NCBI GenBank assembly: GCA_002633005.1
Contig: NMRA01000173.1
Location: forward strand, 340,534 to 404,533
Direction of reading: 5' to 3'
DNA: 64,000 nt
Source of the DNA: Phoronis australis
Lineage: Eukaryota > Animalia > Phoronida
Within the stretch, counting starts at the first letter, position 1; every line of letters begins with the position of its first letter. Under the pieces are notes generated by a model. It worked only from the letters and a program-made list of their open reading frames with translations, made no database searches and was not told the DNA's origin. The position numbers and the translations under genes were made by a program. Positions 25,851 to 36,907 of this stretch are shown here, piece by piece.

Positions 25851-26051
25851 TTCATACTCTGTGCCACTAATCTCTGGGTACATCAAGAACTTGTTGATTC
25901 GTTGTATGCTAACATAGCCATTGAGTACGAATTTGAAGACGAACATGAAGACTTCGAATGGAATCTTGATGATACTCATAAGGGCGAGAGCAGACAAAGT
26001 CTTGGCTGTTGTAAGGGGCTCATCTTGGATGAATGGGTACAGGACAAATGT
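25851..26051 (-). CDS. ABCC8/9: SUR-like exon 9
   Basis: TFVLYPFIQDEPLTTAKTLSALALMSIIKIPF...VSIQRINKFLMYPEISGTEYE; cag/GTAAG. Confidence 0.92.
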
Positions 26052-26082
26052 CTGCATGTTCATAACAGAACAAAAATTTAAA

Positions 26083-26238
26083 ATGCAAGTACTTGGACAA
26101 AGCTTGGTATCACTATCAATTGTGAAATGAAGTGCAAGTACTTGGACAAAGCTTGGTATCACTATCAATTGTGAAATGAAGTGCAAGTACTTGGACAAAG
26201 CTTGGTATCACTATCAATTGTGAAATGAAGTGCAAGTA
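26083..26238. repeat. 49-bp tandem repeat x3
   Basis: TGCAAGTACTTGGACAAAGCTTGGTATCACTATCAATTGTGAAATGAAG. Confidence 0.95.
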
Positions 26239-26922
26239 ATCTCACTCAGCGTAACTAAAGTATTCAGTGATGTCCACATCTTGCCATAGATGGCAGCACA
26301 CTTGTAATTCAATGCCACTGGGAAGAGATTTTTATTGCTGCTTAATGTCATAACAGTTACAGTGCTACACAAGTAATTGCACTTAATAAAGCTACCTCCT
26401 TTATCCTTAATAAAGTCACCTCCATTGGTTAAAAAAAAGTAAATAACATACACAGGAAAAAATAGATGCTGAATCATTCTATAGATGGCACTGTAATCAC
26501 AGTGAAACCAAGTAATATGAGCAACACAAACTTGGTGATTAACAAGATTCTCTTACATGTTTCCAGTCTGGTTAAAATTCTCCAATTTGGGACAATCTCT
26601 AACATTTGGGACACTTAAATTCAAGCTAAAATTGAATATATTTGATTTGTGACATGGGTAATTTTGGCATTCATATTTCTAAAATATCAGACATTGCATT
26701 CTGTATCAACAAAGTTGGAGATAAAAACGACGAAAATAAATGCCAACGCAAAATTTGTCTTTCCCAAGATTCTTGAACTTGGGATGGTCAATATTTCTAA
26801 TACATGTCTAAAATTTGGTACGAATTCTAACCTTGAAGAAATTATTTTTCCACTGTTACCAAACTGGAAAACTTTTATTATGAACCTTAGGTTTTTAAGA
26901 CCAATTTAAATTCTGAACTTAC

Positions 26923-26963
26923 CGTCACCAGAATTAAAACTGGTCCAGTTTCTGTTAAAAATG
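26923..26963 (-). CDS. ABCC8/9: SUR-like exon 8 (41 nt)
   Basis: FLTETGPVLILVT; cag/GTAAG; restores frame after the 163-nt exon. Confidence 0.88.
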
Positions 26964-27122
26964 CTGTAATTTATAAAACAAGAAATACAGTTAATATCAA
27001 GAGCTAATTACACATAATCAAAAACACGTAAAAACTATTATAATAAGTAACAGCTGGAAAATATACAAATACGTTTAAGGCTTCCTGTGAAGAGCAGATC
27101 CGATTTGATGCATTACTTTGTA

Positions 27123-27217
27123 TAGTACATACCTGACATGGAGTTTAGTACATAACTGACATGGAGTTTAGTACATACCTGACATGGGGTTTAGTACATA
27201 CCTGACATGGAGTTTAG
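27123..27217. repeat. 23-bp tandem repeat x4 containing the splice donor of exon 7
   Basis: TAGTACATACCTGACATGGAGTT. Confidence 0.95.
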
Positions 27218-27364
27218 AAAGGCAGCCTTAATAAGACAACGAACTTCTTTCTTTCTTATCTCTCCAATTGAAGAGCAGAAAAGATCCGTCCACCCATATA
27301 ATTTGACTAGCTTGATACCTTGTAAGAGCTGGTTTGACATTTTGATCCGGTTATCAGAAATTTT
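27202..27364 (-). CDS. ABCC8/9: SUR-like exon 7
   Basis: KISDNRIKMSNQLLQGIKLVKLYGWTDLF...; cag/GTATG; 163 nt. Confidence 0.94.
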
Positions 27365-27578
27365 CTGAAAATGAATAAGAGCAAGGGGACTCCTAAATAT
27401 ACAAGACTTAGTGTTAGTCACAACAATTCTGCTCTCATCATTTGTAAAATTTATTGAACATGAAATAGACTAGAGGGTGATGCCAATAGCCACCTCAAAA
27501 CAGTTTCAGAAAATCATTTTGTCTCTTATGAAAACATAAGTACGGGTGAGAAAGGTGATGAAACATGCAGAAGGTCGT

Positions 27579-27867
27579 CATTGTTTGATTGAACGTCTCA
27601 ACCATCCACCATGTTGACAATGTAGTGCATTGTTTGATTGAACATATCAACTATCCACCATGTTGACAATGTAGTGCATTGTTTGATTGAACATATCAAC
27701 CATCCACCATGTTGACAATGTAGTGCATTGTTTGATTGAACATATCAACTATCCACCATGTTGACAATGTAGTGCATTGTTTGATTGAACATATCAACTA
27801 TCCACCATGTTGACAATGTAGTGCATTGTTTGATTGAACATATCAACCATCCACCATGTTAACAATA
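27579..27867. repeat. 49-bp minisatellite, about 6 copies
   Basis: CATTGTTTGATTGAACATATCAACTATCCACCATGTTGACAATGTAGTG. Confidence 0.96.
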
Positions 27868-27930
27868 CAGTTCAAAACAGATTTCCAAGCTAGATTATTT
27901 TTGATGAAAACCGCTGGTTGACAAACTTAC

Positions 27931-28065
27931 CATTTTCTTTTTCTGTACACTTGCTATCAAATGTGTAACCTTGTAGTTAATTGGCAGGATGATAAAGACC
28001 CAACAAGCAGCAATGAGAGCACTCCAACCCAGTATTCTGTAGACCATTAACACTGCAGCTATGAA
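27931..28065 (-). CDS. ABCC8/9: SUR-like exon 6
   Basis: FIAAVLMVYRILGWSALIAACWVFIILPINYKVTHLIASVQKKKM; cag/GTAAG; 135 nt. Confidence 0.93.
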
Positions 28066-28361
28066 CTGAAATAAGACAATGTTGACCAAAGCTTTTTTTT
28101 CAAGAAAAAGGGCTTGTTCCTCAAATCTTACTAAACTCTAAGATATCTATTTCACTGACAGACGCCTGGTCTTGAAAATCATGTTTTCACTAAAATAAGT
28201 CTTAACCTGCAGTAGAATTGGAGAGAAGCACTTTTAGATATGAAGACCTTAGTTTAAAACCTGTGTATACATGCATGGCATGGTTTGTCAACACAAGTGT
28301 TCTGTGCTCATCACTACCTATCTTATTTTTCTAAAGTGCTATATCTCTTACAAGCACCAAT

Positions 28362-29509
28362 AGTCCTTTTGCGAGTTTATAACAATAACGCGAGATTATG
28401 TGAGACTTAACTGTGACGTCACGGGAAGTGGGGCAAAAGCTTGTCGTGTGGCCATTTGCTCAATACGGTAGCAGAGTGTATTCTGTTGTCTTCGAGTTTT
28501 TAGCCGTTTAGTTCGAAAAATGTCCAAAAAGCATTGCTGTTATGGCAAATGAAATTCAGATTCGCACTACAATACGTTTTATCGCATTCTGTACTAATTT
28601 CGACCCGTGTATTTTAAACGGGCGGTAGGCGAAATCCGCTCACTGATCAAGTTTTCACCTCGTCAAAAATACTTTCTACACCTAAAATTATCACCTAAAA
28701 GGCTCTTACTTTCTTCAATGACCCTTTCTGCTTCTAAACATATCTTCGATGAAGCAAAGCTACGGGAATTCAGGTGACTTTGGCGAAGAATTCCAACTCC
28801 ACTTTGTGGTTACTGTTAACTTTGTCCGCGCGCGCGATAACCACAATTAAGTATTTCAACTGAGTCAGGTGAGTATGAGGCAAAGGCTAGCGTGAGACTG
28901 AGCGAAGCGCGAGATATGGCGCGTGACCTGGCACATGAGAAAATATCAAGTGAAATTTGTAAGATTTGTGTCCCTTGGACTTTTTGTTCGTCAACAGGCG
29001 TGATTTCACGTAACTTCCTCAAAATGGCGGCCAATGAGAGAAACTCGAGAGAACCGCGAGTTTTTCATGGATATGCTCAAGTTATTTGTAGACTAAATTG
29101 TGTCCAGAGTCAGGGTATGTGTTAATTATAACTTCATGTGCACATATGCATGTTTCATTTGATTTTATTTGCTGTATTTTGAAGTGAATATCTTTTTATG
29201 GGGATACACTATCGCCCCTGTATGCCTGCGGCATTCAGGCCTAGAGCGGGTTAAGTTCCAATTTCAGTCCGTTCACAGTTTCGCACAACATAACAAGTTC
29301 ACATTTTCTTCGTCCATTCACAGTTATTCCACGATCCATCTACCATATCTTAAGTTGTTTTAACGTTTTAAGAGTAAAATTCACCATAAGAACTCCAGTA
29401 AGTTTTAGCGTGTGTAGCAAAGACTCGGGGCAAAACAAGAGCAATATGGCGGGTTTTGCCCCTTTTCCGGTGATGTCACAGTGACTAACGAGAAACTCGC
29501 AAGTGAGCT
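28362..29509 (+). mobile_element. ISL2EU-like deleted DNA transposon with THAP remnant
   Basis: AT|AG...CT|AT ends, imperfect TIRs sharing TTGCGAGTTT and CTGTGACRTCACSGGAA..GGGGCAAAA; MSKKHCCYGK*NSDSHY at 28520. Confidence 0.55.
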
Positions 29510-29728
29510 ATTCAGTGGCGGTGATGAGAAAATAAACACGTTCATGAGAAAGAAATAACAACATCCAAAAATACCACAGCACTCTCTATGATTCTGTGTC
29601 ATTTACCCATAATTCTGTGTTTCAGCAGGCCACTGGTCCAAAAGAATGTAGTTAATGAGAAGATCTTTGCAACCCACAGAGGAACACTGTCTATTGTGAT
29701 AAGTAAACATTGTAGAATAGATACCCAC

Positions 29729-29884
29729 CTGCACTAGAACAGTCCAGATGAAGTGTATAGAGAAGAAACCAAAAAGAACCTGATTGGCGTCCACAGACAT
29801 GTGGTTGACAATCTGACCATGGGACATGTCACTTCCGGTCATTGTCCACAGAGGGAGTCGTAGAGTCTTTCGATAAATCATACC
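29729..29884 (-). CDS. ABCC8/9: SUR-like exon 5
   Basis: GMIYRKTLRL...GQIVNHMSVD...HFIWTVLVQ; tag/GTGGG; 156 nt. Confidence 0.93.
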
Positions 29885-29984
29885 CTAGCAGGTGAAAACA
29901 GAACAAAAGATTGTTCAGTTTCACTGTTTATACCAGAATCACTCATTTATTTTCTTGACTAAAAGTTTATTACATATTACAAAA

Positions 29985-30160
29985 TCACACCCACTCACCA
30001 TTCACACCCACTCACCATTCACATCCACAAATCATTCACACCCACGCACCATTCACACCCACGCATCATTCACACCCACTCACCATTCACACCCACAAAT
30101 CATTCACACCCACTCACCATTCACACCCACAAATCATTCACACCCACTCACCATTCACAC
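29985..30160. repeat. 17-bp minisatellite, about 10 copies
   Basis: CATTCACACCCACTCAC. Confidence 0.93.
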
Positions 30161-30405
30161 AAGATCGATGGCAGGAAACTGTAGACAAAGGTAGTCATAT
30201 GTCCAAGACCACAACCCAAATGGACACCATCTCAAACTGCCGTGATACATAGTCATTCAACTCTCCATTAAGCACTTAAAAAAGGTAATACTAGAATATA
30301 ACCTGCCCCCATTTTGAGAACCAGTTCTCTACACTGACTAATGGGCACCAAACTGGTTCTCAAAATGTGGGCATGTTATAGCCCTTCCAGAGACCTCATT
30401 CTTAC

Positions 30406-30762
30406 CTGCAGACCAGATCTCACTCTCATGGCCAACAGAAACTGCAGGTAGTGATGAGCGTGCATTAAGGTATTGAGGAGGAACACGGAGAGTGTCAATA
30501 AAACACAGAGAACGAAGCCATTACTCATGAAGTCACTCAGACTGATGTAGACGTTACCATCAACCTTAGTCACATTGTTGACGTCAATAGTGGAGCCGTT
30601 ACGTTCAACATATTTCACGATACCATCGATGGCAAAAGGACCAAAGAACTGCACAACATCAGCAGTGAACTTGAGTATGCCGGCCAGAAGCATCTCACCC
30701 CAGAAGGCAGTGAGTGAAGCCAAGACTAATGATGGCTTGTCACCTTTGGATGTACATTTCAC
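30406..30762 (-). CDS. ABCC8/9: SUR-like exon 4 (start of TMD1)
   Basis: VKCTSKGDKPSLVLASLTAFW...KFTADVVQFFGPFAIDGIV...MRVRSGLQ; cag/GTAAG. Confidence 0.93.
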
Positions 30763-31001
30763 CTGTAATTACAAGAAAAATGAAGCAATTAAACATGTGA
30801 CCAGTGCTATGCACGGATATTTTTAGGTCACAAAAGAAACAGAATAATCTTTGAAAACCAGATTACTCATATCTGAATACTATGTTTGAGTGTGTTTTTA
30901 AAACGATCAATTAGAACTAAGGATGAAACGTGCTAGATTTCCCAATAGATGATCACTCCATAATGAATACATAGTGACGAGAACAACATAGTGCCATATA
31001 C

Positions 31002-31058
31002 CTTCCGACCCTCATACAGTCTCCCCAGCTGGCTGGTATGAAGTGTAGTTCTCTCAAC
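31002..31058 (-). CDS. ABCC8/9: SUR-like exon 3 (L0 linker, 57 nt)
   Basis: VERTTLHTSQLGRLYEGRK; phase-0 cag/GTATA; fills the gap expected in L0. Confidence 0.75.
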
Positions 31059-31681
31059 CTGCAATGCAGCACAGTGCAATGAGGAGTACAAACAGAACAT
31101 GGACAGCTGGCACCAACCAGGAACTATGATCAAAATTCCTTTTGGTTGGACCAGAGCAACTCTAACATTATTTCAATTAGAAACTCTTTAAAGCATGTGT
31201 CACCATTATCATGTGGGAGACTGCTGGGAACACAACAATAGAACAACAATAGATAAGAGTGATATCTATAATTGAAAACTACAGCTCTCACTCTAGAATA
31301 CTAACTTAATGATGGTCATGTGTAAGAGGCTACACTTGGTGAACAGGAAACATTCAAACACCCTTTATAATATATTTGCGAGTAGTCATTTAACACCATT
31401 TCAGTTTCAACTAAAGTTCAAAGAAGTATGAAGCCATGTTCTGTCTGAGAAGTGAACTTTTAATGTAGACAATTTACTTCTTGATTTCCGGGTAAATGTT
31501 AAGATCTGACAGTTCGTTATTTGTTGAGATTATGCTGGATGCGGCATGACAAGCCAGCTTGAAGAGTTCTAGAGTCTGATCTTAAGCAAAAATTCACTCT
31601 TTCAAATCCCTGAAATTACCTCAGTTAGACTAAAGTACAATTTGAGATCAATATCATAATAGTAAGTGGTCTGAAGTGACA

Positions 31682-31864
31682 GCCACACACAGACTTACCC
31701 TAGAACAAGTTACTTTTGGAATGAATTGTTGCTTGGTTTAGAAACTGTCTGGATGCTATTTAAACCAGTGCAACTTACTCCACTTGTGACAACTTACTGC
31801 ACCTTATCGTGGTAAGATAACTTGTTCTAGGGTAACTTGCGCCAACTCTACTAACAGTGTGGCC
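31682..31864. mobile_element. Small MITE-like palindrome
   Basis: 18-bp perfect IR TTACCCTAGAACAAGTTA / TAACTTGTTCTAGGGTAA; GCCACAC...GTGTGGC ends. Confidence 0.5.
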
Positions 31865-32481
31865 ACAAACACGGTGAAAACAAATGGCATTCACGCTCTC
31901 AACAAAATCCCAGTCAAAGCAAGGCCCGGCAAAAAACTTGGTTACATATTGAATTATTCAAAGAAAACCTTCAATTGCTGTTAGTGAATGCCAAGGTAGT
32001 CCTGAAGTCACTGTCAGCTGTGTTTTCAAGTGGTTTAGTAAATCACCCTTTCAATTGAAACCTATTAATGAAAGTTCAAAAGACTAAGGCAAACATTAAA
32101 AAGTAAAATTGCCACGAGGGGGCACAGCAGTAGACAGATCCATCCAAAAGTTGTCTTCATCTGCTGTCACATTCATAGGAACACATCTGCCAAATTTTAT
32201 TAGTGTTTGCTCAAGGCTGCATTTTTGCATCAGTTGACCTAGCAAAAGCTAAAAAGGTGGTTATTGACTTAAGTTTATATGTGTCACCTTGGATACAACT
32301 TTTAATAGGTTATAAAACAGACTTGATACATAACAAAAATATGCAAAAAACTATTGTTTCTCATTACACTATGCAATGCCACTTAAAGGCATTTAAGTTG
32401 AATAACGATAGTGTGTACATTAACACAGACAAGTTCATTCTAAGACAGCTGAAAGCATCTATAACCAACATGTCTACTCAC

Positions 32482-32643
32482 TTCAGGTATTGAGCCCAGG
32501 TCTGTTATCTCAAGAGGACGACGATATCCTAACAGAAGTATACGATTGAGCCACCAGAAAGTCGACTTTGATAGAAAGTTGACAAACTTGTGTATAAACC
32601 TTGACCTGACAACGTCGTGGAACAGCTCGGCGGGCTTCACAGC
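32482..32643 (-). CDS. ABCC8/9: SUR-like exon 2 (L0/lasso)
   Basis: AVKPAELF...RFIHKFVNFLSKSTFWWLN...RPLEITDLGSIPE; cag/GTGAG. Confidence 0.93.
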
Positions 32644-33435
32644 CTGAAATACAAATTTCGGACATTCTATTGAGTAGTCTGATTTCATATTCATAAACTG
32701 GATCACGCCATTAAATAACTTGAAGATATTGCCAGGGTTGTGTTGCAGTTTAACAACAAAAGTAATGTCTAATAGGAATCTCCATCCACTCTCAATTTTG
32801 TGTACACTGCTTCAGATAAAGTTTCAACTAATTACAATTACTTGCTTGTAACTCACTTTCTGTACCTGTCAGTCCTAATGCCTCCATCTTGTTTTCTTAT
32901 TCATATGAAGCACTACTACAAATCATATTTTAACAAATTCATTATCATACAATTCATTTTGTTCATGAATTTTTTTTAGAAAGTCCACATCACTTGGTTT
33001 ATACAAGTGGCGATAGACTAATAGTGATCGCCAAAATGGCATCACAAACACGCAAGCAGTTCTACTCATGTTATGGGACTATGACTTGTGCATCACGTGA
33101 CAGCTTGCATGCGAGCAGTTTTACACACTTGCAACATGACCATTAATAATTGAGCTGCAATCCAAATGGAGCGCTGCATGGTTACTAATTGCATTAGAGT
33201 CAAATCAGCTCTAAGGCGATATTATTACCGCATCATCTTGTTAAGTTATTCATCAACAAAACAGGACGTTTTGAAGCTCCTGCTTGACGCAATTAAAATT
33301 GAAGCGCACGAGAGCGCGAACTTTCCTTGTAAAATTACATAAGTGTCGCTTGGCAAAGTAACGGAGTGTTTTTAGTCCACGGCAAATTAACAGAAAATTT
33401 CAGCAGTCGGTTTCGGCACCCCTTAATAATAAAAC

Positions 33436-33672
33436 TAAAAAATAATTGCAGGCGGTCTGGTACACGTTGTACCAGATGTGCGCAGGCCGTGCATGTGGGC
33501 CCACTGCACTGATCACTTGGAACCATTTTTGTGCTTTATTAATATATAGTTAAAACCGAGCTAAGGAGCTTGAAATCTGACTCAAGGGTCTAGCAGTGTG
33601 GCCCAGTGGGACTCGAACCCACAACCTCCAGCAAAGAAGGTGGGCACCTATCACACTACGCCACACTGCCTC
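33436..33672 (-). mobile_element. tRNA-derived SINE
   Basis: Minus-strand head GAGGCAGTGTGGCGTAGTG (A box) and GGTTCGAGTCC (B box); body shared with copies near 34913 and 49083. Confidence 0.8.
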
Positions 33673-33962
33673 TTCCAAATGCAGCAGTTTTCTAACTGTG
33701 GATGCCGGTTTGGTCAAGAAATCATAATTGAAAGATAAGAATGATGCATTCCAAGAAACCCTGACAAATGTTGGCAATTAATCATGCAGGGTGCTGAAAA
33801 CTATGTGACGGGTATTTACTAGTAAACCCAACAACTAACCGTAACACTTGTTAAATAATGATAATTTCATATGAAACAAAATCATGTATGATGCCAAAAC
33901 AACTCATCAACATTGACCCTCAGTACATAAATGTAATGCGGTGCATTACTAACGCAAACAGG

Positions 33963-34125
33963 AACAAGAGCAACGCAGAGCGTTGAAATGCGCCCACAAT
34001 TGCACCGCATACGGTATCCTTCTAGGGTTGTTTATTGGTACCATAAAGTGGCCAGTAGAGGGCATATATGTAGTATGTTGTACTTTGCAAAATGGGAAGG
34101 CATGGTCATTGTCTCCTCAATAGGC
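33963..34125 (-). mobile_element. HINE terminus (copy D), truncated before an assembly gap
   Basis: AACAAGAGCAACGCAGAGCGTTGAAATGCGCCCACA: perfect hairpin and subterminal IR of the family. Confidence 0.75.
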
Positions 34126-34912
34126 TAGGGGCAAAATGTGAGTAATCTTCATAATACAAGCACATCCTATACACCAGTTGCTTAAAGCACCACAGAAAGA
34201 ATTAAAAACAAATTTACCAACATACGAGATTAGCACAGCATTAGAATGCCAGAAACAAATTTCTACTTGGAACTTTTCCTTCATAGTCACGAAGTAACAC
34301 AAAGTATACACCTGAAGACCTATGAAAATACAGANNNNNNNNNNNNNNNNNNNNNNNNNNNNNNNNNNNNNNNNNNNNNNNNNNNNNNNNNNNNNNNNNN
34401 NNNNNNNNNNNNNNNNNNNNNNNNNNNNNNNNNNNNNNNNNNNNNNNNNNNNNNNNNNNNNNNNNNNNNNNNNNNNNNNNNNNNNNNNNNNNNNNNNNNN
34501 NNNNNNNNNNNNNNNNNNNNNNNNNNNNNNNNNNNNNNNNNNNNNNNNNNNNNNNNNNNNNNNNNNNNNNNNNNNNNNNNNNNNNNNNNNNNNNNNNNNN
34601 NNNNNNNNNNNNNNNNNNNNNNNNNNNNNNNNNNNNNNNNNNNNNNNNNNNNNNNNNNNNNNNNNNNNNNNNNNNNNNNNNNNNNNNNNNNNNNTCTTGT
34701 ATCTTACATCATCTTGTAAAGTTACTCATCAACAAAAGAGGACGTTTTGAAGCTCCTGCTTGACGCAATTAAAATTGAAGCTCACGAGAGCGCGAACTTT
34801 CCTTGTAAAATTACATAAGTGTTGCTTGGCAAAGTAAAGGAGTGTTTTTAGTCTGTGGCAAATTAACAGAAAATTTCAGCAGCCGGTTTCGGCGCCCCTT
34901 AATAATAAAACT

Positions 34913-35148
34913 AAAAAATAATTGCAGGCGGTCTGATACACGTTGTACCAGATGTGCGCAGGCTGTGCATGTGGGACCACTGCACTGATCACTTGGAACC
35001 ATTTTTGTGCTTTATTAATATATAGTTAAAACCGAGCTGAGGAGCTTGAAATCTGACTCAAGGGTCTAGCAGTGTGGCCCAGTGGGACTCGAACCCACAA
35101 CCTCGAGCAAAGAAGGTGGGCACCTATCACACTAGGCCACACTGCCTC
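34913..35148 (-). mobile_element. tRNA-derived SINE (in duplicated segment)
   Basis: Same A and B boxes and body as the 33436 copy. Confidence 0.8.
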
Positions 35149-36139
35149 CTCCAAATGCAGCAGTTTTCTAACTGTGGATGCTGGTTTGGTCAGGAAATCG
35201 TAATTGAAAGATAAGATGCATTCCAAGAAACCCTGTCAACTGTTGGCAATTAATCATGCAGGGTGCTGAAAACTATGTGACGGGTATTTACTAGTAAGTC
35301 CCAACAACTAACAGTAACACTCGTTAAATATGAAACAAAATCATGTATGATGCCAAACCAACTAATCAACATTGACCCTCAGTACATAAATGTAATGCGG
35401 TGCATTATTGACGCAAACAGGAAAAATGGTTAATTGCACATAGTAAATAAAGGTAACTCAAGATAATTCCGAGGCTACCGGGGCCCGGGGTATTTCACTT
35501 CCGGCAGTATTTTGATAAACATCATTGAAGAAAGTGACATATACGGTGTTTCTAAAAATTTGAAACAAAAATATGTTGTGTACATGCAAAACTAACTTTG
35601 CAATAGAACACCGAATACAGGATCACATAACTGTCAAATTTCGTCAAAAAAGAGGATAACCCAGTAAAATGTATCGCAAAATAAAAAACCTTATCACACA
35701 TAATTTCATGTCATAATATTAACAGTTTGACTTTAAATTACGGAATGACAATTATTTGGCAGGGTGGTCGAACCAAGCTTTGAAGATGTGTTTACGTACG
35801 CGGTTATAAACAGTTCTACTATTTGCTTTTAATCAGGCAGCTTAATTTCAACAAGCAAATGCATCACGATTACAAAAGTTTAATTTAAAAATGGCCGATG
35901 ACAAATTGAGAACAGTCCTATGAAGGAAACTCTTCACTGCATACCATCAAAAAGGACTTTGTGGAATTTTTGTGCTCATTATGGGACCCCTGATATTCAA
36001 TGACTTCGTGACGTCAACTATTTCTTGAGTAGCGACTGCGCCCTCTGTCCTTTCTGTTCGAGTACTAAACCAGTTTGGCAATACCAACATGCTCATTCGA
36101 TGACTAATCTGTCTATTTGATAGAACTGACATGTTTGTT

Positions 36140-36410
36140 CAACAAGTAACCTGTCTATTAGGCACAAGTAACCTGTCTGTTGGGCACAAGTAACCTGTCT
36201 GTTGGGCACAAGTAACCTGTCTGTTGGAAACAAGTAACCTGTCTGTTCAACACAAGTAACCTGTCTGATCAACACAAGTAACCTGTCTGTTGGACACAAG
36301 TAACCTGTCTGTTGGGCACAAGAAACCTGTCTGTTGGTCACAAGTAACCTGTCTGTTCGACACAAGTAACCTGTCTGTTGGGCACAAGTAACCTGTCTGT
36401 TCAGCGCAAC
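36140..36410. repeat. 22-bp minisatellite, about 12 copies, followed by a longer duplicated unit
   Basis: CACAAGTAACCTGTCTGTTGGG. Confidence 0.95.
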
Positions 36411-36907
36411 TAACTTATTCGTTCGCGAAATAACCTGTTTGTCAAAATTTAACCAAATAACCCAGTTAGGCACAAGTAACCTGTCTGTTCAGCGCAACTA
36501 ACTTGTTCGTTCGCGAAATAACCTGTCTGTTTGTCAAAATTTAACCAAATAACCTGCCTGTTTCAAAACTAACTTGTTTATTTGGCAGTGTTGTCTATTT
36601 TGAACCTTTTTGCTGCCCATACCGAACCTTTCTTTTGCAAAATTTTACTACAAAGACATGGTCATCTGACCCAATAAGTAACAGATTGGTAAAAAATAAA
36701 AAAATCAAATTCTAAAGGAAAATTGCTTTTGCCGAGTTAAAATCTGCAGTTTTGTAATATTTTGCTAAATACACAGACATGTCAATAAAGTCTTATACAA
36801 CCTCATCCCTGGAAACATACATTCAGCAACCCATTTAAATATTCATTGCCACAATATACATCAAATACAAACATTACCAAAATCTGCAGGTGTTTAAGCT
36901 ACCATAC

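Larger units (their letters stand above)
33231..35421 (+). repeat. Direct duplication of about 730 bp (33231-33962 and 34707-35421) across an N gap
   Basis: Colinear copies with scattered substitutions and small indels. Confidence 0.9.

Noticed and set aside
33590-33672. tRNA gene
   Set aside because: A and B boxes are present but the cloverleaf is not convincing and the head is joined to a repeated body at several loci, so it is a SINE
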